64,000 nucleotides of DNA from an uncultured Bacillales bacterium (GTDB lineage: Bacteria; Bacillota_I; Bacilli_A; RFN20; CAG-826): contig CALELS010000015.1 of assembly GCA_937902735.1 (NCBI GenBank), positions 154,744 to 218,743 on the forward strand, in the 5' to 3' direction. The notes under the pieces were generated by a model that saw nothing but the letters and a program-made list of their open reading frames with translations, was not told where the DNA came from and ran no database searches. Shown piece by piece: positions 39,287 to 48,432 of the stretch. Positions within the stretch are counted from its first letter, which is position 1, and every line of letters begins with the position of its first letter. Made by a program: the position numbers and the translations under genes.

Positions 39287-40393
39287 ATGCCACTTAAGGC
39301 AGGTATTGTTGGACTTCCTAACGTTGGCAAATCGACACTTTTTAATGCTATTACAAATTCTAAAGTTGAAGCAGCCAATTATCCTTTTGCAACAATTAAT
39401 CCAAATACAGGTGTTGTTAATGTGCCTGATGAAAGACTAAATTTTCTCTCCTCTTTATTTAATCCAAAGAAAACTATTGCAGCTACTTTTGAATTCTACG
39501 ATATTGCAGGTCTAGTTAGAGGAGCTTCCAAAGGCGAAGGACTTGGTAACCAATTCCTTGGTCATATTAGAGAATGTGACGCTATTGTTGAAGTTGTTCG
39601 CTGCTTTGATTCAAACGATATCATTCACGTTGAAGAAAGCGTTGATCCAAAAAGAGATATTGAAACCATTAATCTTGAACTTGCTATGGCAGATTTAACT
39701 ACTGTCACCAAGAGACTACTTGCTGTTGAAAACAAAGCAAGAGTCAACAAAGACAAAGAATCAATGCTTGAAGTTTCAATTTTGAATTTAATTAAGCCTT
39801 TGTTAGAGCAAGGAGAGCCAGCTAGAAAAGCAGAACTTTCTAAAGAACAATTTGATTTTGCATTTAAGAATTACCATCTTTTAACTTTAAAACCTATTAT
39901 CTACGTTGCTAACGTTTCTGACTCGGATTATATGGACTTAGATGGTTGTAAATATTTAAATATTGTTAAAGAAATTGCAAGTAAGGAAAATGCTCAAGTT
40001 ATTCCTATCTCTTGTGAAATAGAATATGAATTATCATCTCTTCCAAACGAAGAAAGAAAAGAATTCTTAGCATCTTTAGGTGCTTCCGAATCTGGTTTAG
40101 ATAAGATTATTAAAGCTACTTATGCCCTATTAGATTTATCTACATTCTTTACTGTAGGTCCAGATGAATGTCGTGCTTGGACATTTAAAAACGGCATGCT
40201 TGCCCCTCAATGTGCAGGCATTATCCATTCAGATTTTGAAAAAGGATTTATTAAAGCCGAAGTATACTCTTACGAAGATATGTTAAATTATCGTTCTGAA
40301 GTTGCTCTTAAAGAGGCGGGTAAAATCAGAATGGAAGGTAAATCATATGTCATGAAAGATGGAGACATTGTCTTCTTTAGATTTAATGTTTAG
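39287..40393 (+). CDS. ychF: Ribosome-binding ATPase YchF
   Basis: G1 GLPNVGKST, TGS C-terminal domain; 368 aa. Confidence 0.9.
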   Translation: MPLKAGIVGLPNVGKSTLFNAITNSKVEAANYPFATINPNTGVVNVPDERLNFLSSLFNPKKTIAATFEFYDIAGLVRGASKGEGLGNQFLGHIRECDAIVEVVRCFDSNDIIHVEESVDPKRDIETINLELAMADLTTVTKRLLAVENKARVNKDKESMLEVSILNLIKPLLEQGEPARKAELSKEQFDFAFKNYHLLTLKPIIYVANVSDSDYMDLDGCKYLNIVKEIASKENAQVIPISCEIEYELSSLPNEERKEFLASLGASESGLDKIIKATYALLDLSTFFTVGPDECRAWTFKNGMLAPQCAGIIHSDFEKGFIKAEVYSYEDMLNYRSEVALKEAGKIRMEGKSYVMKDGDIVFFRFNV

Positions 40394-40402
40394 GAGAAAA
40401 AT

Positions 40403-40882
40403 ATGTATCGTATAGGTTATAGCGAAGATATCCATCAAGTTGTAAAAGGTCGTAAACTCGTATTAGCAGGCCTACCTTTTGATGTCGATTTTGGACTTGA
40501 TGGCCATAGTGATGCTGATGTTGTTCTTCATGCAGTAACTGAAGCAATCTTTGGAGCATTAGCTTTAGGTGATCTAGGAGATCATTTTCCTGATAATGAT
40601 CCAAAATATAAAGATGCAAATTCTTCAATATTTGTTAAGGAAGCAGTTCATTTTATGAAGCAAGAAGGCTATCATCTTTCAAATGTTGATGTTCAACTTG
40701 CTTTAGCAAAACCTCGTTTAAATGATTATAAATGTGAAATGATTAGATCGCTTGCAAATCTTCTTGAAGTTGAGGTAAACCAAGTCTCGATTAAAGCGAT
40801 GTCATTTAATAAAGTAGGACCAATTGGTGAAGGAAAAGCTATTAAAGCATCTGCAATCGTCCTATTAGAAAAGAACAAATAA
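40403..40882 (+). CDS. ispF: 2-C-methyl-D-erythritol 2,4-cyclodiphosphate synthase
   Basis: IspF motifs SEDIHQ, GHSDADVVLHA, GDLGDHFPDND. Confidence 0.9.
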   Translation: MYRIGYSEDIHQVVKGRKLVLAGLPFDVDFGLDGHSDADVVLHAVTEAIFGALALGDLGDHFPDNDPKYKDANSSIFVKEAVHFMKQEGYHLSNVDVQLALAKPRLNDYKCEMIRSLANLLEVEVNQVSIKAMSFNKVGPIGEGKAIKASAIVLLEKNK

Positions 40883-40937
40883 TTAAAATTATTATTGTGA
40901 TAATTTCTCTAAAAATATAATATATTGCATACGAATT

Positions 40938-42569
40938 ATGAATATCGAAGAAAATCTAAAACAAAAAATAGTCGATGCCTTAGCAAAACTAGGACAAAAT
41001 TTTTCAATTAATGACATAGTCATTGAAAAGACAAAAAATGAAGCACATGGAGATTATGCCTCTAATGTGGCTTTAAAATTTGCATCAAGATTTTCTAAAG
41101 CCCCTCGTGTTTTCGCTGAAGAATTAATAAACGCTATCGACAAAGAAAATATCGAAAAGATTGAAATTGCTGGTCCTGGTTTCATTAATTTCTTTATGAA
41201 AAAAGGAACACTTAATCAATTAGTGAATAAAATCATTAGCGAAGGCGAAAATTTTGGTAAAGGTTTAGATAAAAATAAATCAATAAATGTTGAATTCGTA
41301 AGCGCAAATCCAACTGGTGATCTTCATTTAGGTCATGCAAGATGTGCTGCTGTTGGTGATACAATCTGTCGTTTATATGAATTTGCTGGATATAAAGTTA
41401 CACGCGAATTCTATGTTAATAATGCTGGAAACCAAATTAAAACTTTGGGTTTATCATTACAAACAAGATATAAACAAGCTTTTGGTGAGAAAATTGAATT
41501 ACCAGAAGATTCGTATCATGGACACGATATCATTGATATCGCAAACGAGCTTAAAGCAGAGTTTGGAGATAAATATCTAAAAGATACAGAAGAAAACCTC
41601 GCTTTCATTACCAAATATGGAATGGACAAGGAACTCGCTAAAATTGAAAAAGACTTAGACTTATTTAGAGTTAAGTTTGATATTTATTCTTTTGAAACTG
41701 ATGTAAGAAAGAACAATCATGTTCAAGATGTTCTCGTAAATAAGTTTGCTAAATATTCTTATGTTGATAATGGAGCAACATTCTTAAGAACAACTGATTT
41801 CTTAGATGATAAAGATAGAGCAGTTGTTAAATCAGATGGCTCATTTACATATTTAATGCCTGATATTGCATACCACTTAATGAAATTAAGTCGTGGTTAT
41901 GATTTATTAGTTGATGTTTTAGGTGCAGATCATCATGGTTATATCAACAGAATGAAATCTGCTCTTATGATGCAAGGATATTCAAAAGAAACACTCGAAG
42001 TGGAACTTGTTCAAGTTGTGCGTTTAATCAAAGATGGCGAAGAAGTCAAAATGTCAAAACGAACAGGCGCAGGTGTATCATTACGTGAACTCTGTGAAGA
42101 AGTTGGTGTTGATGCAGTAAGATATTTCTTTGTTTCTCGAGCCGCTTCATCTCATTTAGATTTCAATTTGAACCTTGCTCTTGAACAATCTAGTTCTAAC
42201 CCAGTTTATTACGCCCAATATGCTCACGCTAGATTATCAAAAGTTCTCGATCTTGCTAAAGAAAAAGGGATTGAAGTTCCATCAAATGCTTCAACCTTAA
42301 ATGAAAAAAGCGAGATTGAATTACTTAAATGTTTGAACGAATTCCCTCAAATGGTAGAATCCGCAGCTTTAAAACGTGAACCATATATGATGGCTAATTA
42401 TATTCAATCATTAGCGGCGAACATACATGCATTTTATAGTGAATGCAAGATGATTGATGAAAATAATTTAGAAATTACAAAATCTCGTTTAGCATTAGCT
42501 AAAGCGAGCAAGATAGTTATGAAAAACGCTCTTGGAATAATTGGAGTAGACGCTCCTAGTAAGATGTAG
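40938..42569 (+). CDS. argS: Arginyl-tRNA synthetase
   Basis: Class I HIGH variant PTGDLHLGHAR and KMSKR; 543 aa. Confidence 0.9.
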   Translation: MNIEENLKQKIVDALAKLGQNFSINDIVIEKTKNEAHGDYASNVALKFASRFSKAPRVFAEELINAIDKENIEKIEIAGPGFINFFMKKGTLNQLVNKIISEGENFGKGLDKNKSINVEFVSANPTGDLHLGHARCAAVGDTICRLYEFAGYKVTREFYVNNAGNQIKTLGLSLQTRYKQAFGEKIELPEDSYHGHDIIDIANELKAEFGDKYLKDTEENLAFITKYGMDKELAKIEKDLDLFRVKFDIYSFETDVRKNNHVQDVLVNKFAKYSYVDNGATFLRTTDFLDDKDRAVVKSDGSFTYLMPDIAYHLMKLSRGYDLLVDVLGADHHGYINRMKSALMMQGYSKETLEVELVQVVRLIKDGEEVKMSKRTGAGVSLRELCEEVGVDAVRYFFVSRAASSHLDFNLNLALEQSSSNPVYYAQYAHARLSKVLDLAKEKGIEVPSNASTLNEKSEIELLKCLNEFPQMVESAALKREPYMMANYIQSLAANIHAFYSECKMIDENNLEITKSRLALAKASKIVMKNALGIIGVDAPSKM

Positions 42570-42585
42570 AAAGAAGGATATAGTT

Positions 42586-42993
42586 ATGGTGGAAAAGTCA
42601 TTTCTAGAAATTGCAGTTGGAATTATTAAAGAAAGCAAAGAACCAATTGCTTTTAAAGAATTATTTGAAAAGACTCTTGAAAAGAGTGGTGAAGTTTTAT
42701 CTGAAAATGATAAACGTAAACATATGTCCAATCTTTATACTCAGTTAACATTTGATGGACGTTTATTCACTGTTGATAACAAATGGGATCTTAAAGAGAG
42801 AAATAAATTTGAACAATACTATCGTGATGTTTCTGAACTTGATGATACCGATGATGAGAGTGATGATGAAGAAGAAAAAGAACTCTTAAAACAAGAATCG
42901 GGTGAATTAGGATCATATGATGAAGCTACTGAAGAAAGTGATTCATTAAGTGATTTTGAAAATAAAAAATCCCCAGAAGATGAGGACTTTTAA
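42586..42993 (+). CDS. rpoE: RNA polymerase delta subunit
   Basis: N-terminal HARE-HTH domain (FLEIAVGIIKE ... YTQLTFDGRLFTVDNKWDLKER) followed by poly-acidic C-terminal tail. Confidence 0.75.
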   Translation: MVEKSFLEIAVGIIKESKEPIAFKELFEKTLEKSGEVLSENDKRKHMSNLYTQLTFDGRLFTVDNKWDLKERNKFEQYYRDVSELDDTDDESDDEEEKELLKQESGELGSYDEATEESDSLSDFENKKSPEDEDF

Positions 42994-43946
42994 TGGATAA
43001 AAAATTATTAAAGAAATTTCTAAAAAAGATTAAACAATTTGATATCATCACAATTTATGGACATGTTAATCCTGATTGTGACTGCTATGGGGCAAGTATT
43101 GGTCTTAGAGAAATCCTGAGGGATAATTTTAAAAATAAAAAAATATATGCTTTAGGCTTTGGACCTACTGTTATGTTTGATCGTCTTGCTCGATATGATG
43201 AAGTTGATGATGAAACAATTAAGAATTCTTTAGGTATTGTTGTTGATGTTTCTGAAACTTCACGTATTTCTGAACCTCGTGTCACAATGTGTAAGGAACT
43301 CATTAAGATTGATCACCATATTGAATCAGTTCCGTTTGATGGCTTGAAATGGGTTGATACAGGAAGTATTGCTGCTGCTCAAATGGTTGCAGAATTTGCA
43401 CTTACATTCCATCTAAAAATCTCAAAATTAGCCGCAGAAGCCCTATATCTTGGCATCTGCACTGACTCTGGAAGATTTAGATATACCCCAACAAACGCAA
43501 AGACACATTTAATTGTTTCAAAATTGTATGATTTAGGTATTGAACCAAAATCAATGTTTGATATCTTGTATCAATCAGAAGCAAGATTTGTTAAATACCA
43601 AGCTCTTATTGTTTCTAAATTTAAAACAACAAAACATAATGTTATTTATTGCTTTATTGATCCAAAAGATTATGAACAATTTGATCTTAAATATGATCAA
43701 GTTTCCAAAAACGTTAATGTAATGGGAAATATCATAGGCTCTAAGGCTTGGACTTTGTTTACAAGATCTCCTGAAGGAGTAATTCGTGTTGAATTTAGAA
43801 GTAATGGAATGAACATTCAACCAATTGCAGTTAAATATGGCGGTGGTGGACACAAATGCGCTGCTGGAGCTAGACTAGAAAACTGGTCTTGGGATGAATG
43901 CATGAAAATCATTAATGATTTAGATGAACTAGCATCAAAAGAATAA
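42993..43946 (+). CDS. nrnA: DHH/DHHA1 nanoRNase / pAp phosphatase NrnA
   Basis: DHH motifs (GHVNPDCDCYGAS, DHH) and DHHA1 GGGGH. Confidence 0.8.
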   Translation: MDKKLLKKFLKKIKQFDIITIYGHVNPDCDCYGASIGLREILRDNFKNKKIYALGFGPTVMFDRLARYDEVDDETIKNSLGIVVDVSETSRISEPRVTMCKELIKIDHHIESVPFDGLKWVDTGSIAAAQMVAEFALTFHLKISKLAAEALYLGICTDSGRFRYTPTNAKTHLIVSKLYDLGIEPKSMFDILYQSEARFVKYQALIVSKFKTTKHNVIYCFIDPKDYEQFDLKYDQVSKNVNVMGNIIGSKAWTLFTRSPEGVIRVEFRSNGMNIQPIAVKYGGGGHKCAAGARLENWSWDECMKIINDLDELASKE

Positions 43947-43947
43947 A

Positions 43948-44736
43948 ATGGCTTACGAATTAGAATTATCAACAGTCATTAGACTATGTAAAGAAATCTC
44001 TCCAAAAATTCTAGAGATTTATAATTCAAATAATCTTGGTGTTGAAATTAAAGATGATAATTCGCCTGTCACAATTGCTGATAAATTAGTCGATAAATAT
44101 CTTCGTGATAATTTAGCGGCTATTTTTCCTAATATTGGTTTTTTAACAGAAGAATCAGTTGATGATTTATCAAGATTAAATAAAGAATATATCTGGATAA
44201 TAGATCCAATTGATGGGACAAAAGATTTTATCGCTCATGATGATCAGTTTTCAATCAATGTTGCCCTTTGTCATCGTCATGAAATAGTTCTTGGAGTAAT
44301 ACATGCTCCAGTATCAGGAAATTTATATTACGCTATAAAAGACGAGGGTTCCTATAGTGAAATTGACAATATTAAGAGAAAACTATCGGTTTCTAAAAGA
44401 AGAAAAAACCTTCGTGTAATCACATCAAAATTTCACTTAAATGATTTTGAAAAATCAATGATAGAAAAATATAAGAATCAATTTGAAACAGTTTATGCTT
44501 ATGGTTCATCTTTAAAAGGATGTTTAATTGCTAGAGGAGATGCTGAGCTTTCTTATCGCTTTTCAAGCGGAACTAAAGAATGGGATACAGCCGCAATGAA
44601 TATCATTTTGAATGAAGCCGGTGGATTAATCTTAAAACCTGATGGTAGTAAGATAATCTACAATAAAAGCGATGTATATAATCATGGTGGATACATAATT
44701 TGTAATAATTATGAAAATTTCTTAGAATATAAATAA
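43948..44736 (+). CDS. Inositol monophosphatase-family phosphatase (CysQ/SuhB-like)
   Basis: IMPase signature WIIDPIDGTKDFI and the C-terminal metal-binding region. Confidence 0.7.
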   Translation: MAYELELSTVIRLCKEISPKILEIYNSNNLGVEIKDDNSPVTIADKLVDKYLRDNLAAIFPNIGFLTEESVDDLSRLNKEYIWIIDPIDGTKDFIAHDDQFSINVALCHRHEIVLGVIHAPVSGNLYYAIKDEGSYSEIDNIKRKLSVSKRRKNLRVITSKFHLNDFEKSMIEKYKNQFETVYAYGSSLKGCLIARGDAELSYRFSSGTKEWDTAAMNIILNEAGGLILKPDGSKIIYNKSDVYNHGGYIICNNYENFLEYK

Positions 44737-44750
44737 TTAAGGAGAAAATT

Positions 44751-46313
44751 ATGAAGAATAGGTTTTTAACAACATTATTATTAATTCCTTTGCTTGCTGG
44801 TTGTCCTGGTACTCCTGCTAGTGATGAACCACAATCAATGCCTGATGATTATGTTCCTGCTAACTTACCCGATTACTACGAAGATAAGAATACAGGTGCA
44901 ATTAAAAGTGATGAAGACTATGTCTATTTCGACATTTATGGCATAAGCGACTTCCATGGAGCAGTTAATTATAACAAAGATAATAAAGAACTTGGTCTTG
45001 CAAGACTCTCCTCATATTATGACAAGAAAAGAGAAGATAACCCTGGTGGAACTCTTCTTCTTTCTAGTGGTGATATGTGGCAAGGTAGTGCAGACTCAAA
45101 TTTAACAAGAGGAACCATGGTTACATATTCTATGAATTTAATGGACTTTGATTCTATGGCTCTTGGTAATCACGAATTTGACTGGACTATTGATTGGATT
45201 AAGAACAACAAAGAACGTGCAAACTTCCCATTAGTATGTGCAAACTTAATTAATAAAGATACTCATGAAATTGCTGATTTTGTAACCCCGTCCACCATTA
45301 TTGAACGTGGCCAAGGTGAAGAAAAATACAAAATTGGTGTTGTTGGCACAATTGGAGACAACATCAAAAATACAATCATTGCTTCGGCAGTTGCTGAATA
45401 TGAATTTGCTGATGAAATCCAAACGGTTAAGTCCGAAACTCAAAAATTACGTGAACAAGGCTGTGATATCGTTGTCTGGACATCTCATAATGACGCCAAA
45501 ACTTTAAAAGAAAGAGTTGGTAGAGATAATCCAGGTGTTGACCTCGTTATCGGTGGTCATAGCCATGTTACTTATGTTGATCAATTAGGTGAAGTTGCTT
45601 TTATGCAATCAAAAGCTTATGGTCATTCTTTAACACATGCAACTCTTAGACTTAATAAGGATACTCGTTCTGTAAGTCTTGAAGCAATTAATGCTGATGA
45701 CAACCCAACTGAAAATGAAATTGAAGAAGATGCACAAGTTGCTGCTTTAGTTAATGAATATCAAGAAAAATTCATTAATCCAGTTAAGAATAGGGTTGTA
45801 GGTAGTGTTGATGCCGATTTAACAATTAAAGAAACACTTTCCAATCTTTGCGTTTATTCAATGGCAGAAGAATTAAAAAGAAATGAACAATTCTCTTCAT
45901 ACGAAGTTAGAGCAGCATTCCATAACGTTAATGGTGGTGTTCGTAAAGATATCCTTGCTGGTGAAATTAGCTATGGTAATGTATATGAATCGTTCCCATT
46001 TGATAATGAAATCGTTATTTTGAAACTTAATGGTTATTATCTCTATTACGATTTCTATTCAAAAAAGAATAACACTGCTATTTGGCATAGTTTTGAAACA
46101 GCTGATGATATCAAAGATGACGAAGAATATTACATCATCACGACTGATTTCTTACTCACAAACAATGATTACTATGCTCCAACTCAAAAGAATATCAAGG
46201 AAGTAATCTATACAAACATCATGGTTCGTGATGCTGTTGCAAATCAAATCAAATTATCCTCGCCTCTTGTTAGTGAAGATTATTCAATGTATAGATCTTG
46301 CTTCAAACGTTAA
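44751..46313 (+). CDS. Lipoprotein 5'-nucleotidase / 2',3'-cyclic phosphodiesterase (UshA/YfkN family)
   Basis: Lipobox LLAGC; metallophosphatase motifs DFHG, GDMWQG, GNHEFDW, plus a 5'-nucleotidase C-terminal domain. Confidence 0.75.
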   Translation: MKNRFLTTLLLIPLLAGCPGTPASDEPQSMPDDYVPANLPDYYEDKNTGAIKSDEDYVYFDIYGISDFHGAVNYNKDNKELGLARLSSYYDKKREDNPGGTLLLSSGDMWQGSADSNLTRGTMVTYSMNLMDFDSMALGNHEFDWTIDWIKNNKERANFPLVCANLINKDTHEIADFVTPSTIIERGQGEEKYKIGVVGTIGDNIKNTIIASAVAEYEFADEIQTVKSETQKLREQGCDIVVWTSHNDAKTLKERVGRDNPGVDLVIGGHSHVTYVDQLGEVAFMQSKAYGHSLTHATLRLNKDTRSVSLEAINADDNPTENEIEEDAQVAALVNEYQEKFINPVKNRVVGSVDADLTIKETLSNLCVYSMAEELKRNEQFSSYEVRAAFHNVNGGVRKDILAGEISYGNVYESFPFDNEIVILKLNGYYLYYDFYSKKNNTAIWHSFETADDIKDDEEYYIITTDFLLTNNDYYAPTQKNIKEVIYTNIMVRDAVANQIKLSSPLVSEDYSMYRSCFKR

Positions 46314-46328
46314 TCTCTAGATTAAACA

Positions 46329-46356
46329 AAAACAACTCGGTTCAATCGAGTTGTTT
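46329..46356. terminator. Bidirectional intrinsic terminator between convergent genes
   Basis: AAACAACTCG-gttcaa-TCGAGTTGTTT flanked by A/T runs. Confidence 0.65.
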
Positions 46357-46362
46357 TTATGT

Positions 46363-46620
46363 CTATTGTTTCTTTGGCATTTCGGAAGCTAGTTTAACTC
46401 CGATAACACCAGGAACTTCTTCTTGAAGAATGATTTCAATTCCTTCACCTAATGTATCGTTTACAAGAGCGCAGCCTTCGCATGCACCGAGTAAATCAAC
46501 ATAAACAATGCCATCAATAAAATCGACAAATTTAACATCGCCACCATCACGATTGATAAATGGTCTTATCTTGTCTAATGTCCTTTCAATTAATTGAATT
46601 GTAGAATCTTTCTCATTCAT
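46363..46620 (-). CDS. nfu: NifU-like domain Fe-S scaffold/carrier protein (Nfu)
   Basis: Start placed at ATG 46620 (MNEKDST); C-terminal NifU domain motif LLGACEGCAL; no SD detected, so the start is uncertain. Confidence 0.6.
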   Translation of the reverse strand: MNEKDSTIQLIERTLDKIRPFINRDGGDVKFVDFIDGIVYVDLLGACEGCALVNDTLGEGIEIILQEEVPGVIGVKLASEMPKKQ

Positions 46621-46680
46621 AACGGAGATAATTATATATCTTTGATATGTTTTAGCAAGAAATGTGCTAATATTTTTGAG

Positions 46681-47079
46681 ATGAAAACAAGAAGTAGAAA
46701 AACAACTTTTAAGCTCACTGTCTCTCATTATAAGATTCTAGAAACAATTAAATCTTTAAATGATAGAAATCTTTACCCAACTGCAAAAGGTGTAAATAAT
46801 ATATTAAAAGGTGAAATTGATGATGAAACAATCCTTTATAAAGACATTTCTACTTACGCTACATTAATATCTTTTCCTGGTAGAAAGTTATGTTCTTATA
46901 TTCTCAATATGGTAAGAAGAGAATACATTACATATATTTATGATGAAAATAGTGATGGAATGTATCTTAAGATAACTGAAAAAGGTGATATGGCGCTATT
47001 CTCATATCTTAGGAAACATCAATATTCTCACAAAAAGAAACAAGCTGTTACTCACAAAGAAATTGTTGAAATAAAATAA
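46681..47079 (+). CDS. Hypothetical protein, possible winged-helix (HTH) fold
   Basis: Start at internal ATG 46681 to avoid overlap with the nfu start; 132 aa, basic, no enzyme motif. Confidence 0.4.
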   Translation: MKTRSRKTTFKLTVSHYKILETIKSLNDRNLYPTAKGVNNILKGEIDDETILYKDISTYATLISFPGRKLCSYILNMVRREYITYIYDENSDGMYLKITEKGDMALFSYLRKHQYSHKKKQAVTHKEIVEIK

Positions 47080-47080
47080 A

Positions 47081-47100
47081 AGACTTCCATAAGGAAGTCA
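47081..47100. terminator. Bidirectional terminator hairpin GACTTCC-ATAA-GGAAGTC
   Basis: Perfect 7-bp stem between convergent genes. Confidence 0.5.
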
Positions 47101-47117
47101 TTATTTTTAATTTAGAA

Positions 47118-47627
47118 TTATTTCTTTAAATAAGAATAAGATTTGTTACCAGTAACTGGTGTATTCTTTTCTTCAATGAGCCATTCAATAGCCGCCCAGA
47201 TTGTAAGTCCACCAGCAACAAGAGTGAATGCTCCAGTAACATATGGAGCCCATAAAACAATTGGGTTATGACCACCATATTGAATCCACATCCAAAGTTG
47301 CATAGAAAGAAGCATTAAACCAACTGAAGCAGTTAAGATTCCACCAAGAAGTTTTAATACGCTTTGTTTATTGGCAAACACATTGGCAGCAATAGCAAGA
47401 ATCATTAACGAAACAGTGACAATACCAGCTGGCATTACACTTGTTTGAATTTCTTGTAATTTTAAGTATTCGTGTAAGTAGAAGAAAATTTCGAATCCAC
47501 TTGCTCCAAATAAGGCGAAATTTGATTCGAAAGTAACGAATGATTTAGGAATAAATAAAAAACCAAAAGCAAGTACAACGACTGCAATTGAAACGAATGG
47601 AATAATCTTGAATAATTTTTTCTTCAT
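47118..47627 (-). CDS. Hypothetical membrane protein
   Basis: Start at ATG 47627 (MKKKLFKI, RBS AAAGGAAAT); the track's longer ORF runs into tRNA-Gln; 4-5 TM helices. Confidence 0.5.
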   Translation of the reverse strand: MKKKLFKIIPFVSIAVVVLAFGFLFIPKSFVTFESNFALFGASGFEIFFYLHEYLKLQEIQTSVMPAGIVTVSLMILAIAANVFANKQSVLKLLGGILTASVGLMLLSMQLWMWIQYGGHNPIVLWAPYVTGAFTLVAGGLTIWAAIEWLIEEKNTPVTGNKSYSYLKK

Positions 47628-47650
47628 CTTCGTTATTTCCTTTCTACAAG

Positions 47651-47725
47651 TGGCTGGGGCGACTGGGATCGAACCAGTGAATGGTGAGTTCAGAGCCCAC
47701 TGCCTTACCGCTTGGCTACACCCCA
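47651..47725 (-). tRNA. tRNA-Gln (anticodon CUG)
   Basis: Cloverleaf folded by hand: acceptor UGGGGUG/CGCCCCA, U1-A72, discriminator G73, loop CUCUGAA, TUCGAUC T-loop, CCA encoded. Confidence 0.8.
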
Positions 47726-47743
47726 AATATAAAAGGTGGCGTA

Positions 47744-47831
47744 TGGTGCCCGGGACCGGACTTGAACCGGTATGAGTTATTCACTCGAGGGATTTTAAGT
47801 CCCTTGCGTCTACCAATTTCGCCACCTGGGC
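47744..47831 (-). tRNA. tRNA-Leu (anticodon UAA), class II long variable arm
   Basis: Acceptor GCCCAGG with one A5-C68 mismatch, D-stem GCG/CGC, anticodon loop CUUAAAA, variable arm GAGUgaauaaACUC, CCA encoded. Confidence 0.75.
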
Positions 47832-47839
47832 ATTTTAAG

Positions 47840-47916
47840 TGGTCTCCCGTAGACGATTTGAACGTCCGACCCCTTGATTAAAAGTCGAGTGCTCTAGCCA
47901 ACTGAGCTAACGGGAG
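47840..47916 (-). tRNA. tRNA-Lys (anticodon UUU)
   Basis: TAGCTCAGTTGGCTAGAGC D-arm, anticodon loop CUUUUAA, T-loop TTCAAAT, acceptor CTCCCGT/ACGGGAG (C1-G72), discriminator A, CCA encoded. Confidence 0.8.
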
Positions 47917-48059
47917 ACATGCGACTTAAGAAAAATCGCTTTGATATTATTACACATTAAAAAAATATATTCCATAATTTTTTATAAAATAATAGCGAGT
48001 CTATGTAAAAAGACCATTTATTATTAAATAATATTCGATTTATTTGCTTATTATAAATA

Positions 48060-48088
48060 AAAAAATGATACAAAGTATCATCTGAATC
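48060..48088 (-). terminator. Intrinsic terminator after the Val-Tyr-Gln tRNA cluster
   Basis: Minus-strand hairpin ATGATAC-TTT-GTATCAT followed by T7. Confidence 0.5.
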
Positions 48089-48163
48089 TGGTTGGGGTGG
48101 CTGGATTCGGACCAGCGCATGATGGAGTCAAAGTCCATTGCCTTACCACTTGGCTACACCCCA
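48089..48163 (-). tRNA. tRNA-Gln (anticodon UUG)
   Basis: Same scaffold as the CUG isoacceptor; anticodon stem AUGGA/UCCAU, loop CUUUGAC. Confidence 0.8.
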
Positions 48164-48170
48164 ATAAGAG

Positions 48171-48254
48171 TGGTGGAGGAAGGTGGATTTGAACCACCGA
48201 ACCCGAAGGAATTGATTTACAGTCAACCGCGTTTGGCCGCTTCGCTATTCCTCC
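48171..48254 (-). tRNA. tRNA-Tyr (anticodon GUA), long variable arm
   Basis: Acceptor GGAGGAA/TTCCTCC, anticodon loop CUGUAAA, variable arm TTCCTTCGGGTTCGG, CCA encoded. Confidence 0.8.
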
Positions 48255-48268
48255 ACGATACGCTAAGA

Positions 48269-48344
48269 TGGTGGATGTTGAGGGGCTCGAACCCCCGACC
48301 CCCGCCGTGTAAAGGCGATGCTCTCCCAGCTGAGCTAAACATCC
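48269..48344 (-). tRNA. tRNA-Val (anticodon UAC)
   Basis: GGATGTTTAGCTCAGCTGGGAGAGCATCGCCTTTACACGGCGG... closely matches the bacterial tRNA-Val(UAC) consensus. Confidence 0.85.
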
Positions 48345-48432
48345 GCTTCTACACCTTTCTTAAAGCGTGCCTAAATAATATATCATTACTAATAAATAGT
48401 AGTCAAAACAATTTTATAAAAAATTAATATAA

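Noticed and set aside
40883-40937. T-box upstream of argS
   Set aside because: The intergenic region is only 55 nt, too short, and no T-box sequence is present
47681-48427. Plus-strand ORFs 47681..47881 and 48092..48427
   Set aside because: They are antisense read-through across six tRNA genes
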